Origin: Macrostomum hystrix
Lineage: Eukaryota > Animalia > Platyhelminthes
DNA length: 64,000 nt
NCBI GenBank assembly: GCA_950097015.1
Contig: CATNEN010000038.1
Location: 6,138,001-6,202,000, forward strand
Reading direction: 5' to 3'
The notes under the pieces were generated by a model. It saw only the letters and a program-made list of their open reading frames with translations, was not told where the DNA came from and made no database searches. This document shows, piece after piece, positions 21,792 through 34,659 of the stretch (positions are counted from its first letter, which is position 1; each line of letters starts with the position of its first letter). The position numbers were made by a program, and so were the translations under genes.

Positions 21792-24044
21792 ATGAAGGTG
21801 ATCAAGTCTGCGGTCAGCCTGAAGATCCCGGAGGGCGTCAAAGTTGAATCGCATTCGCGAGTTGTCCGCGTCAAGGGCAAGCGCGGCGCCCTGTCCCGCT
21901 CCTTCCGTCACCTGTCCCTGGACATCAAGGTGTCCCCCAATGGTCGCACCCTCACAGTCGAGAAGTGGTTCGGAGTGCACAAGGAGCTGGCAGCAGTGCG
22001 AACCGTTGTCACGCACGTCCGCAACATGATCAAGGGTGTGACCTACGGCTTCCGCTACAAGATGAAGTCGGTGAGTCTCACGTTTGACATCTCTGTGTTT
22101 GGGATAACTGATCCTCATGAGATTGCTAATTGATCATCATGGGATAACTGATCCTTATGAGATAACTGACAGATCCTCATGAGATTGCTGACAGATCCTC
22201 ATGAGATTACTGATAGATCCTCATGAGATTGCTGATAGATCCTCGTGAGATTGCAGATAGATCCTCATGAGATTACTGATAGATCGTCATGAGATTGCTG
22301 ATAGATCCTCGTGAGATTACTGATAGATCGTCGTGAGATTACTGATAGATCCTCATGAGATTGCTGATAGATCCTCGTGAGATTGCTGATAGATCCTCGT
22401 GAGATTGCTGATAGATCCTCATGAGATTGCTGATAGATCCTCATGAGTTTGCTGATAGATCCTCATGAGATTACTGATAGATCCTCATGAGATTGCTGAT
22501 AGATCCTCATGAGATTACTGATAGATCCTCATGAGATTACTGATAGATCCTCATGAGATTGCTGATAGATCCTCATGAGATTGCTGATAGATCCTCGTGA
22601 GATTGCTGATAGATCGTCATGAGATTACTGATAGATCCTCGTGAGATTGCTGATAGATCGTCATGAGATTGCTGATAGATCCTCGTGAGATTGCTGATAG
22701 ATCCTCGTGAGATTACTGATAGATCCTCGTGAGATTGCTGATAGATCCTCGTGAGATTACTGATAGATCGTCGTGAGATTGCTGATAGATCCTCGTGAGA
22801 TTGCTGATAGATCCTCGTGAGATTGCTGATAGATCCTCGTGAGATTACTGATAGATCGTCGTGAGATTACTGATAGATCCCCATGAGATTGCTGATAGAT
22901 CCTCGTGAGATTGCTGATAGATCCTCGTGAGATTGCTGATAGATCGTCATGAGATTGCTGATAGATCCTCGTGAGATTGCTGATAGATCCTCGTGAGATT
23001 ACTGATAGATCGTCATGAGATTGCTGATAGATCCTCGTGAGATTGCAGATAGATCCTCATGAGATTACTGATAGATCCTCGTGAGATTGCTGATAGATCC
23101 TCGTGAGATTACTGATAGATCGTGAGATTACTGATAGATCCCCATGAGATTGCTGATAGATCCTCGTGAGATTGCTGATAGATCCTCGTGAGATTACTGA
23201 TAGATCGTCATGAGATTGCTGATAGATCCTCGTGAGATTGCAGATAGATCCTCATGAGATTACTGATAGATCCTCGTTAGATTGCAGATAGATCCTCGTG
23301 AGATTGCTGATAGATCCTCATGAGATTACTGATAGATCCTCGTTAGATTGCAGATAGATCCTCGTGAGATTGCTGATAGATCCTCATGAGATTACTGATA
23401 GATCGTCATGAGATTGCTGATAGATCCTCGTGAGATTACTGATAGATTGTCGTGAGATTACTGATAGATCCTCGTGAGATTACTGATAGATCCTCGTGAG
23501 ATTACTGATAGATCCTCGTGAGATTGCTGATAGATCCTCGTGAGATTACTGATAGATCCTCGTGAGATTACTGATAGATCCTCGTGAGATTGCTGATAGA
23601 TCCTCGTGAGATTGCTGATAGATCCTCGTGAGATTACTGATAGATCGTCATGAGATTGCTGATAGATCCTCGTGAGATATCAGGATATCGTGGGACATCA
23701 ACCTGAATCCTCATGCCAAGCAATTTACAACCCGCCTTGGCTTGGCGCAGGTGTACGCTCACTTCCCCATCAACATGGTAATCAGCGCCAAGGGCGACTC
23801 TATTGAGATTCGCAACTTCCTGGGCGAGAAGAACAATCGCATTGTGAACATGCTGCGCGGAGTGACCGTGTCCCAGACTGGCATCAAGGACGAGATTCAG
23901 CTTGATGGCAATGATGTCGAGGCTGTCAGCCATTCTGCCGCACTCATCCAGCAGTGCTGCTCCGTCAAGAACAAGGACATCCGCAAATTCCTCGACGGAG
24001 TCTACGTCAGCGAGAAGGGCACCGTGCTGGCCTGCGATGAATGA
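21792..24044 (+). CDS. RPL9: 60S ribosomal protein L9 (uL6), 190 aa
   Basis: Exons 21792-22070 and 23751-24044; [29 protein letters not shown]|[35 protein letters not shown]. Confidence 0.96.
22105..23680. repeat. 22-bp minisatellite filling the RPL9 intron
   Basis: (GAGATTGCTGATAGATCCTCGT)n with A/G and C/G variants. Confidence 0.95.
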
Positions 24045-24664
24045 CCAACTCGTTGATTGACAGGTTGACAGGTTGACTCAATCATCCGTGCTCTCTGAGC
24101 TTCAAATCTGGAAAATATAAAGGAGAAGACACTTGTTACGTAGCCAGCTGTTTCAGACTGCCGGCTTACTAGTTGGTGAATTATCAGCTATTCACTGTTG
24201 GATTAAACATTTATTGACTCCTGACTGCAGTCTTTGTTCTATTTTACTGTTTGCTGTTCTGACAATGCGGGGTTGTAGAAGTTGTAGCCTACTAGAGCGT
24301 CGAACTCACGACTTGAAGGACTGAACAGCTGTACGCAGCCTTCAGATGCGCCGCGCAATAGCTGCGGCTGTGCTGTCGGCTGCACATCTGCTGTCGGCTG
24401 AACAGTTATAATTAATCAATTAATTATTATTAATTAACTTCCAGCAATTCATATTGCCTACTGCTGTTAGTAGCATGAACAGTATATTTCCTATAGCGAA
24501 ACTCTGAGCCTGTGGCCCAGTAAATGGAGCTCGACTTCTCTGGACTAGAGATTGGTAGTCCAATTTGAGCTGTTAGTGTACTTAGGAAAGATAACCCTGC
24601 GCAAAACGGGCGCCAGCATTAGATAGAAGGGCTTGGATTAGCGTGGGTGTAGGCGGCCCGCCCC

Positions 24665-26785
24665 AGTCCATCTCTACTCCACTCTCATCTGTCTCTACTC
24701 CACTCTCATCTATCTCTACTCCACTCTCATCTGTCTCTACTCCACTCCCATCTATCTCTACTCCATCCCCATCTATATCTACTCCATCCCCATCTATATC
24801 TACTCCATCCCCATCTATATCTACTCCATCCCCATCTATATCTACTCCATCCCCATCTATATCTACTCCATCCCCATCTATATCTACTCCATCCCCATCT
24901 ATCTCTACTCCATCCCCATCTATTTCTACTCCATCCCCATCTATATCTACTCCATCACCATATATATCTACTCCATCCCCATCTGTCTCTACTCCACTCT
25001 CATCTATCTCTACTCCACTCTCATCTATATCTACTCCATCCCCATCTATATCTACTCCATCCCCATCTATATCTACTCCATCCCCATCTATATCTACTCC
25101 ATCCCCATCTATCTCCACTCCATTGACACCTGTCTCTACTCCACCCCTACCTGTCTCTACTCCACTCCTATCAGTCTCTACTCCACTCCCACCTGTCTCT
25201 ACTCCACTCCTATCAGTCTCTACTCCACTCCCACCTGTCTCTACTCCACTCCTATCAGTCTCTACTCCACTCCCACCTGTCTCTACTCCACTCCTATCAG
25301 TCTCTACTCCACTCCCACCTGTCTCTACTCCACTCCTATCAGTCTCTACTCCACTCCCACCTGTCTCTACTCCACTCCTATCAGTCTCTACTCCACTCTC
25401 ATCTATCTCTACTCCACTCTCGTCTATCTCTACTCCACTCTCATCTATCTCTACTCCACTCTCATCTATCTCTACTCCACTCTCATCTATCTCTACACTC
25501 CACTCTCATCTATCTCTACTCCACTCTCATCTATCTCTACTCCACTCTCGTCTATCTCTACTCCACTCTCATCTATCTCTACTCCACTCTCATCTATCTC
25601 TACACTCCACTCTCATCTATCTCTACTCCACTCTCATCTATCTCTACTCCACTCTCGTCTGTCTCTACTCCACTCTCGTCTGTCTCTACTCCACTCTCGT
25701 CTGTCTCTACTTCACTCTCGTCTATCTCTACTCCACTCTCGTCTATCTCTACTCCACTCTCATCTATCTCTACTCCACTCCCATCTATCTCTACTCCACT
25801 CTCGTCTATCTCTACTCCACTCTCATCTATCTCTACTCCACTCTCATCTATCTCTACTCCACTCCCATCTATCTCTACTCCACTCTCATCTGTCTCTACT
25901 CCACTCTCATCTATCTCTACTCCACTCTCATCTATCTCTACTCCACTCCCATCTATCTCTACTCCACTCTCATCTATCTCTACTCCACTCCCATCTATCT
26001 CTACTCCACTCTCATCTATCTCTACTCCACTCTCATCTATCTCTACTCCACTCTCATCTGTCTCTACTCCACTCTCATCTATCTCTACTCCACTCTCATC
26101 TATCTCTACTCCACTCCCATCTATCTCTACTCCACTCTCATCTGTCTCTACTCCACTCTCATCTATCTCTACTCCACTCTCATCTATCTCTACTCCAGTA
26201 TCGTCTATCTCTATTCCACTCTCATCTATCTCTACTCCACTCTCATCTATCTCTACTCCACTCCCACCTGTCTCTACTCCACTCCCACCTGTCTCTACTC
26301 CACTACTATCTATCTCTACTCCACTCTCGTCTATCTCTACTCCACTCTCATCTGTCTCTACTCCACTCCCACCTGTCTCTACTCCACTCCTATCTATCTC
26401 TACTCCACTCTCGTCTATCTCTACTCCACTCTCATCTGTCTCTACTCCACTCTCATCTATCTCTACTCCACTCTCATCTATCTCTACTCCAGTATCGTCT
26501 ATCTCTATTCCACTCTCATCTATCTCTACTCCACTCTCATCTATCTCTACTCCACTCCCACCTGTCTCTACTCCACTCCCACCTGTCTCTACTCCACTCC
26601 TATCTATCTCTACTCCACTCTCGTCTATCTCTACTCCACTCTCATCTGTCTCTACTCCACTATCGTCTATCTCTACTCCACTCTCATCTATCTCTACTCC
26701 ACTCTCATCTATCTCTACTCCACTCTCATTTATCTCTACTCCACTCTCATTTATCTCTACTCCACTCTCATCTGTCTCTATCTAT
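24665..26785. repeat. 21-bp pyrimidine-rich minisatellite
   Basis: (TCTATCTCTACTCCACTCTCA)n with sub-domains of variant units. Confidence 0.95.
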
Positions 26786-27644
26786 TCTACCCTCTCAATC
26801 TCTGTGTAAATCATCAAGTCTCAGTAAAGCAAGTCGTATCGGAAGACATTTGGATGGCATGTTTGACAATTTGCTGTGGCTGTGCTCTCTTTCTCAATAC
26901 GGTTTGTTTTCTTTCATTTCCTGAGTCACAGCTACTGGACATCTGCTTGTGTTTGTTTGCATTAGAAATCTGAGACCAACTTTTTGTGTGCTCAAACCTA
27001 AAACTATGTGGCGAATGCATATTGGTTCAATAATATATAATATTATTAGCAATATGGACTAAACAATATTCAACAACGATAGCCGAAATTATTACATTAT
27101 GAAATTATGAAATTTTCTATTCATAATTTTCTTAACTAACCACTAGTGTGTCTGAGCTGACTGACTGGTCTGTTTGAGTCGCTTTATTTTTTTTCACTGC
27201 AAATTGTGCTGGACTCCGAGCTGCACTGTTTGCTCCCCAGCTGAGTCAGCTCAGCCGGCGCCACTAAACACCGCCCTAACAAAGGCACACAGTGGGGGGT
27301 TCTGGGGCCGCCTGTTTGCTGGCCATTGCAGCTTTTAGCTTCATCTGCGAGTAATTCAGCCAGTCTTAGCTTCACTGCTGCTAGTCTCAGCTGCGCAGCT
27401 AAGACTTCGGTCGGCGCGGCATTAGTTTTTTCTTTCCTGTTCGAGTTTGGATATGCTTAAATGACAATGGGGCTGGACAAGTGGACCCGCAGGCTCCGAC
27501 AGACCGGAGTGGGGTGGGGCGTGGGTCGGCCTCGCAAACGCTCTATAAAACTGCACCTGCAGATTTGTCTGCGAGCTCCAAGACAGCCTCTCACCTGCGC
27601 CCAGCACTTTCAGTTAAGTAATTATCTAGAACACATTCGGCAAG

Positions 27645-28035
27645 ATGTCCTGGCAGAAAGGCGACATGAGCGACGACCTGCGACAGAGCGTTGTCGCCGT
27701 TCTCAACGATGTCTGCACCCAGTTCAAGGACGACGACAGCATCGCCAGCAACTTAAAGAAGCGACTGGACGAACAGCTCACGCCCACCTGGCAGGTGACT
27801 GTAGGCCGCAACTTTGCTAGGTGAGGCTGCGAGAGACTGTCAAGTACTTTTTAAATGATTTATGATTTACCTCGACTAGTCCGCAACCACCACCCCTATT
27901 TCCTCTTTGCAGTCACGTGACCCACGAGCCACCACCCCATTCTCTCTTTGCAGTCACGTGACCCACGAGAAGGGCACCTTCGGCTACTACCAGCACGGCC
28001 CATACGCCATCTTGGTGTACAAGGCCGGCCTGTAG
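27645..28035 (+). CDS. Dynein light chain type 1 (LC8/DYNLL-like), ~85 aa
   Basis: Exons 27645-27820 and 27954-28035: DMSDDL..SIASNLKKRLDEQLTPTWQVTVGRNFAS|HVTHEKGTFGYY..AILVYK. Start may lie in an unseen upstream exon. Confidence 0.85.
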
Positions 28036-28351
28036 ACCCTCCTCCTAAACGAACTGATTTAGAATTCCTAAACTGCTATTACTAGACAGTCTCATTCGTT
28101 AATAACCGAATTCATTTTAGACGGAATACAAGTTAAAATGTTAGCAGCAATTCTGTTATTATATATTAAATAAAAAATAACATAATTTTTCGCGTAAAAA
28201 TGCTCGAGTGACTTTCCGAGAATTTCATTCTTTTTTCTACTTGTTTGCATTTTTAGTTGCACTCGCTTATTGAATCGAAGAAAAACTGGCAGAATCGTAG
28301 CAACCCATAGCCAGAATCGAACCAAGAGTCATTGAATCGTAACAAGAGTAA

Positions 28352-28657
28352 AAGGATCGTAGCAGGATCCGCATCTAGAATCGTAGCAGGATCCGCATCT
28401 AGAATCGTAGCAGGATCCGCATCTAGAATCGTAGCAGGATACGCATCTAGAATCGTAGCAGGATCCGCATCTAGAATCGTAGCAGGATCCGCATCTAGAA
28501 TCGTAGCAGGATCCGCATCTAGAATCGTAGCAGGATTCGCATCTAGAATCGTAGCAGGATCCGCATCTAGAATCGTAGCAGGATCCGCATCTAGAATCGT
28601 AGCAGGATCCGCATCTAGAATCGTAGCAGGATCCGCATCTAGAATCGTAGCAGGATT
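28352..28657. repeat. 24-bp minisatellite
   Basis: (AGAATCGTAGCAGGATCCGCATCT)n, about 12 units. Confidence 0.95.
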
Positions 28658-29198
28658 GGCCTGTGTAACTGTAGTAGAAACGAATTCCATATTTAGCTTC
28701 AAAAGCAGTTGAAGCTCTTGAGTTTGAGCAACATGCAGCGGTCTTTGATTTTCTCAGCGAGTTTGCTCAACTTTCGAGTTGGGGCAGGCTAGAATAATCT
28801 GCGCAGCTTCATGAAAATACCCTCGCTTAAAAATGACAACGCGCTCTTCAACAAAGTAGAATAGGCGCTTTGTCTTCTGGAATCAGATTTCGTCATTCTT
28901 AGCATTTTTTAACCAAACCTCGAGCTGTCATAATTAATGAGTTCCGGTGTGAATCCGTCACTAGGCTGACTGAGGTTTCCCCTTCCGATTTTGAGCTCGC
29001 TAGAAACTGACTCGCAGGTGTTAAAACCAACTGCCGGATAATCACAGAGGGAGCGGCAATGATGGGAGAACCAGTCTGTGCCGTAGACAATAGGAGTCCT
29101 ATTTCAGGCTTTTGATTCAGCGAATACATAAGCCTGATATCCCGGAGCTTAATTCTACAAAGAGTTTTTCTTGAAGCGACTGCAGCTCCGCTGAAGGC

Positions 29199-32100
29199 AT
29201 GAAGCTAGCGCTAATCCTACTCCTGCTAATCCGTTCTGGCCCCTCCGACAGCCAGATGGACAACAGGACGGTGATCAACACCTTGGTGGTGTGCTCCACC
29301 AATGACAGCAGCCGCTACGATGTGGAGTATTTCAGATTGGCTCTGGACTATGTGAACACCCGGCTGACCAAGCTGAACTTCAATTTTCAGCTCAGAACTG
29401 ATTTTCAGTGCGCTCTGCAGGTTCGTTAGGCATCGAGTTTACCTGTTAGACAGCGAGTTTACCTGTTAGACAGGGAGTTTACCTGTTAGACAGGGAGTTT
29501 GCCTGTTAGACAGCGCGTTTACCTGTTAGACAGCGAGTTTGTCTGTTAGACAGCGAGTTTGCCTGTTAGACAGCGAGTTTGTCTGTTAGACAGCGAGTTT
29601 GCCTGTTAGACAGCGAGTTTGCCTGTTAGACAGCGAGTTTGCCTGTTAGACAGCGAGTTTACCTGTTAGACAGGGAGTTTGCCTGTTAGACAGGGAGTTT
29701 ACCTGTTAGACAGGGAGTTTGCCTGTTAGACAGGGAGTTTACATGTTAGACAGGGAGTTTACCTGTTAGACAGGGAGTTTACCTGTTAGACAGGGAGTTT
29801 GCCTGTTAGACAGCGAGTTTACCTGTTAGACAGCGAGTTTGTCTGTTAGACAGCGAGTTTGCCTGTTAGACAGCGAGTTTGCCTGTTAGACAGCGAGTTT
29901 GCCTGTTAGACAGCGAGTTTACCTGTTAGACAGGGAGTTTGCCTGTTAGACAGCGAGTTTACCTGTTAGACAGGGAGTTTGCCTGTTAGACAGGGAGTTT
30001 GCCTGTTAGACAGGGAGTTTGCCTGTTAGACAGGGAGTTTACCTGTTAGACAGGGAGTTTGCCTGTTAGACAGGGAGTTTACCTGTTAGACAGGGAGTTT
30101 GCCTGTTAGACAGGGAGTTTACATGTTAGACAGGGAGTTCTCCTGTTAAGGAGTTTTACCTGTTAGACTGAGTTTACCTGTTTGACAAGGAGTTTACCTG
30201 TTCGACATTTTCTGTCTCCATTCAATTCGTTCTTCTCTCCCAGGAGCTTCAGGGCAGTGCTGTTCGCAAATTCATGGATGGTTACCTGAAAGAGCCGAAC
30301 AAAGCCATTGTGTTCGGGCCCACATACGCCAATCAGGCTGTGGTTCTGGCCAATGTAGCTAAATACTACTTCCAGCCGCAGGTGAGCTTATTTGGCAATA
30401 AGTTTCTCCCACTATTCTCACTATTCTCAGAATCTGCCTGAAACATCGCCGCTGCCGCACCAACTCCGCAGATTGCTGCCAACGTCAACTCACCAGAACT
30501 CAGCGACAAGTTTTTCTATCCCTATTTCTCACGGGTCGGCGTTTCCGATGCTCTCTACCTGCAGGGCGTCATGCAGATACTCAAAAAGTACGGCTGGTCC
30601 TCGGTGGGACTGCTCGCCAACGACTACGACGCTGTGTACTCGGTCTGTGGCCATCGGGACTAGAAGGATGACGCACAGGAAATCAAACTCCCTTTTTCAC
30701 ACCTTCTGCACCCTCCATTCCTTCTCCATTTCATAACATTTCTCCCACTTTTACACCTTCTAACCTTATTTCCCGTTCTCCCTATTCTCTTCCTCTTTCC
30801 TAATTCTTTCCTACTTTTTACCTTCCGCCTTCTCATCCCTTCCCTTCTCCCCAACACCCTAATCCCCTACTCTCCTCCTCTGCCCGACACCACCTTCTTT
30901 CCCTTCTCCCCTTCTCCCCTTCTGCCCTTCTCTCATTCTCCCCTTCTGCCCTTCTCTCATTCTCCCCTTCTCTCATTCTCTCATTCTCCCCTTCTGCCCT
31001 TCTCTCATTCTCCCCTTCTGCCCTTCTCTCATTCTCCCCTTCTCTCATTCTCCCCTTCTCTCATTCTCCCCTTCTCTCATTCTCTCATTCTCCCCTTCTC
31101 TCATTCTCCCATTCTCCCCTACTCTCATTCTCCCCTTCTCTCATTCTCTCATTCTCCCCTTCTCTCATTCTCCCCTTCTCTCTTTCTCCCCTTCTCTCAT
31201 TCTCTCATTCTCCCCTACTCTCATTCTCTCATTCTCCCCTACTCTCATTCTCCCCTTCTCTCATTCTCTCATTCTCCCCTTCTCTCATTCTCCCCCATCC
31301 CTCATTCTTCCCCTTCTCTCATTCTCTCATTCTCCCCTTCTCTCATTCTCCCCCATCCCTCATTATTCCCCTTCTCTCATTCTCCCCTATCTCCCATTCT
31401 CCCCTTCTCTCATTCTCCCCATCTCTCCTACTCCCTCGTCTCTCCATTCTCTAAAAGTTTTCCAGTGTCGCATCTATACGTTCTTGTTCTCAGCCCCACT
31501 TGAAGCTGCGCCAAAATGTTTACTCCACGCAGATCGCCACTCAGTTCGTAGCGCTGATGCCCAGCTACAACATCAGCTTGGCCGCCAGGGGCACCTACAA
31601 GACCGACCCCACTGATGAGCTGCTGCGGATGAAGGCAAGCGATGCATATTCACTGCCCGTATGTTTAAAGCACTACTTGGAGTAGTGTAGAAGCATTGGT
31701 TTCTATTATTCAAGCCGTCTATCTGATTATAAAACGATTGCAGGGAATGGACGTGCGCATATTTGTTGTTGTTCGGGCGGCCAATGTTGAGAGCTCAATA
31801 AAATTCGAGTGCCTGGTGAGCCTGTTTTACTGAAGCACACCGCGAGGGAGGACAGGAGAGATGGCGTGGGATAGGAAGATTTCGGAGGGATAAGAGAGAT
31901 TTAGGGAGGGATTAGGGGTATTTAGGGAGGGATATGAGAGATTTAATGATGGATTAGGGACATTTAGAGAGGGATAAGGCGGATTTGTGGAGGGATAAGA
32001 GAGATTTTAGGGGAGGGATAAGGGAGATTTGGGGAGGGGTAAGGGAGATTTGGGGAGGGGTAAGGGAGATTTGGGGAGGGGTAAGGGAGATTTGGGGGAG

Positions 32101-34613
32101 GGATAAGGGAGATTTGGGAGGGATAGTAGAGATTTGGGCAGAGATAGGGAGGGAGAGGACAGTTTTGGGCTACCGCAGTTGCTGAAGGAGATCACTGATC
32201 TCCTAATGAAACTCTGAATTGGCAGATCAACTCGCTGGGCCTGGTGGGGCCGAAATACTTTTGGATCCAGCTGGGCGTCACTCGCACCTTTTTTCCGCCG
32301 CCGCCGGACAACAGCTGCACCGTGGCCGACGTGAGCCGCGGAGCGGAGAACTCCCTGTACTTCACCTCAGACCTGCTGGTGTTCGGCAATGAGACCGGCA
32401 TGGGGGACATTGTGAGCGGCGGCTGGGAGCGATAGACACGGGAGAGATGAGACACTGGAGAGACAAAACGCGGGAGTGATAAGACACCCGAGAGATGAGA
32501 CACGGAAGGGATGAGACACCCGAGAGATGAGACACCGGAGAGATGAGACACCGGAGAGATGAGGCACCGGAGATATGAAACACGGGAGAGATGAGACATC
32601 CGAGAGATGAGACTCGGGGGTGATGAGGCACGTGGGAGATAAGACACGGGAGAGATAAGACATGGGGAAGATGAGACACAGGGGAGTTGAGACACGGGGG
32701 AGATGAGACACGGGGGAGTTGAGACACGGGGGAGATGAGACACGGGGGAGATGAGCCACGGGGGAGATGAGACACGGGGGAGATGAGCCACGGGGAAGTT
32801 GAGACACGGGGGACATGAGACTGTAGAGTTAAAGAGATGCTCAAAAATCCAAGTCTTCAACGCATCAAACGCAGAGCTCGGCGGATCTGTTCGGCAGGCT
32901 GTTCGCCAGCTACCCCTACCTGCCGCGCGATGGCAGCTTGTCAATCAGCACGATGGGGCTGCGCATCGACGCCGTTACCACCGCTGCCATGGCGCTCAAC
33001 AGCACATTGAAACGCTACGCCTACTCAACTGCGCTGGACCTAGACTATAGCGACTTCAAGAACGACCTGCTGAGCAGCATCCGAGCTGTGGACTTCCAGG
33101 GCCTGACGGTAGAGAAGAGAAGGGGAAATGGGAAGATAGGGGAAGTGGGAAGAGAAGGAGGAGAGAACGGGAAGTGGGAAGAGATGGGGGAGAGAAGGGG
33201 AAGTGGGAAGAGAAGGGGAAGTGGGAAGAGAAGGAGGAGAGAACGGGAAGTGGGAAGAGATGGGGGAGAGAAGGGGAAGTGGGAAGAGAAGGGAAGTGGG
33301 AAGAGAAGGAGGAGAGAACGGGAAGTGGGAAGAGATGGGGGAGAGAAGGGGAAGTGGGAAGAGAAGGGAAAGTGGGAAGAGAAGGGGAAGTGGGAAGAGA
33401 TGGGTAAGTGGGAAGAGATGGGGAAGTGGGAAGAGATAGGGAAGTGGGAAGAGAAGGGGAAGTGGGAAGAGAAGGGGAAGTGGGAAGAGAAGGGGAAGTG
33501 GGAAGAGATGGGGAAGTGGGAAGAGAAGGGGAAGTGGGAAGAGAAGGGGAAGTGGGAAGAGATGGGGAAGTGGGAAGAGAAGGGGAAGTGGGAAGAGGTA
33601 GGGAAGTGGGAAGAGATGGGGAAGTGGGAAGAGATGGGGAAGTGGGAAGAGATGGGGAGGTGGGAAGAGATGGGGAGGTGGGAAGAGATGGGGAAGTGGG
33701 AAGAGAAGGGGAAGTGGGAAGAGAAGGGGAAGTGGGAAGACAAGGGGGCAGTGGGAAGACAAGGGTACAATGGGAAAAGGGTGATTAATTGTTTCTATAT
33801 TGATTTTATTTGCCTGTCATAAATATGAATTAATTCAGGGCAGAGTGAAAATGGACTCCAATGGAGATCGGCTCGCAAATGCCATCATCTATCAGATCAG
33901 ATGTGAGGCTGGAAATGATATTTCCTTAACACTTTCCTTGACATATTTATCCATCCAATAACAATTTGGTATTTTTAGCACTAAGCAGTGTACCTGTCGG
34001 CATCATCGATACTTACCTGAATCAGATTAACTGGACTGACAGCCTTAGATTCGCAGGTCAGTTCGTCAAACTTTCTGAGTTGCTACTTTTGTATATAAAG
34101 ATATACAAGTATATAGGCGTAAGATTTCGTAGTGTTTAGGCTACTGCAAGTAGCTCATGATCCGTGTTTAGAATTTCTCCTAGATAAATCGAACTCGATT
34201 GCCCGATCAACTTCAGGCGGAAGCCCGCCGCGCGACCGGCCCAAGCAGGTCGTCAACCAGCAGTCCGTCAGTGTTACCAGCGCATCCATCATCTTGGCTC
34301 TCTGCGCCCTCGGCATCTGCCTGACTGCAGCCAGCATGGCAGCCACTCACCGCTTCCGCCACCTGAAACTCATCAAACTGTCCTCGCCAAACATCAACAA
34401 CCTGATGGGCTTCGGCTGTCTCTGCTGCTTCGCCTCGTGCGTGACCGCCGCTGTTGGCGGCTGCTGGCAGCGCAGCACTCCGCTCTGCTGGCTGCAGTCG
34501 GCAACACTCTGCCTCGGCTACTCCATCGCCTATGGGGCCATGCTGGCCAAGACCTGGCGAGTGCACGCCATCTTTACTAGCAAGAACCTGCGCAGAGTGG
34601 TAAGTTGGCTGCA

Positions 34614-34659
<46 letters not shown>

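Noticed and set aside
22105-23680. CRISPR-like or snoRNA array in the RPL9 intron
   Set aside because: Head-to-tail units with no unique spacers, no cas genes and no convincing C/D box pairs.
24582-26973. 776-aa mucin/extensin-like ORF
   Set aside because: Non-ATG start, made of a 21-bp satellite, and the peptide pattern changes at indels.
28253-28712. ADPATILD / SRIVAGSA repeat ORFs
   Set aside because: 24-bp satellite open on both strands simply because the unit is a multiple of 3.
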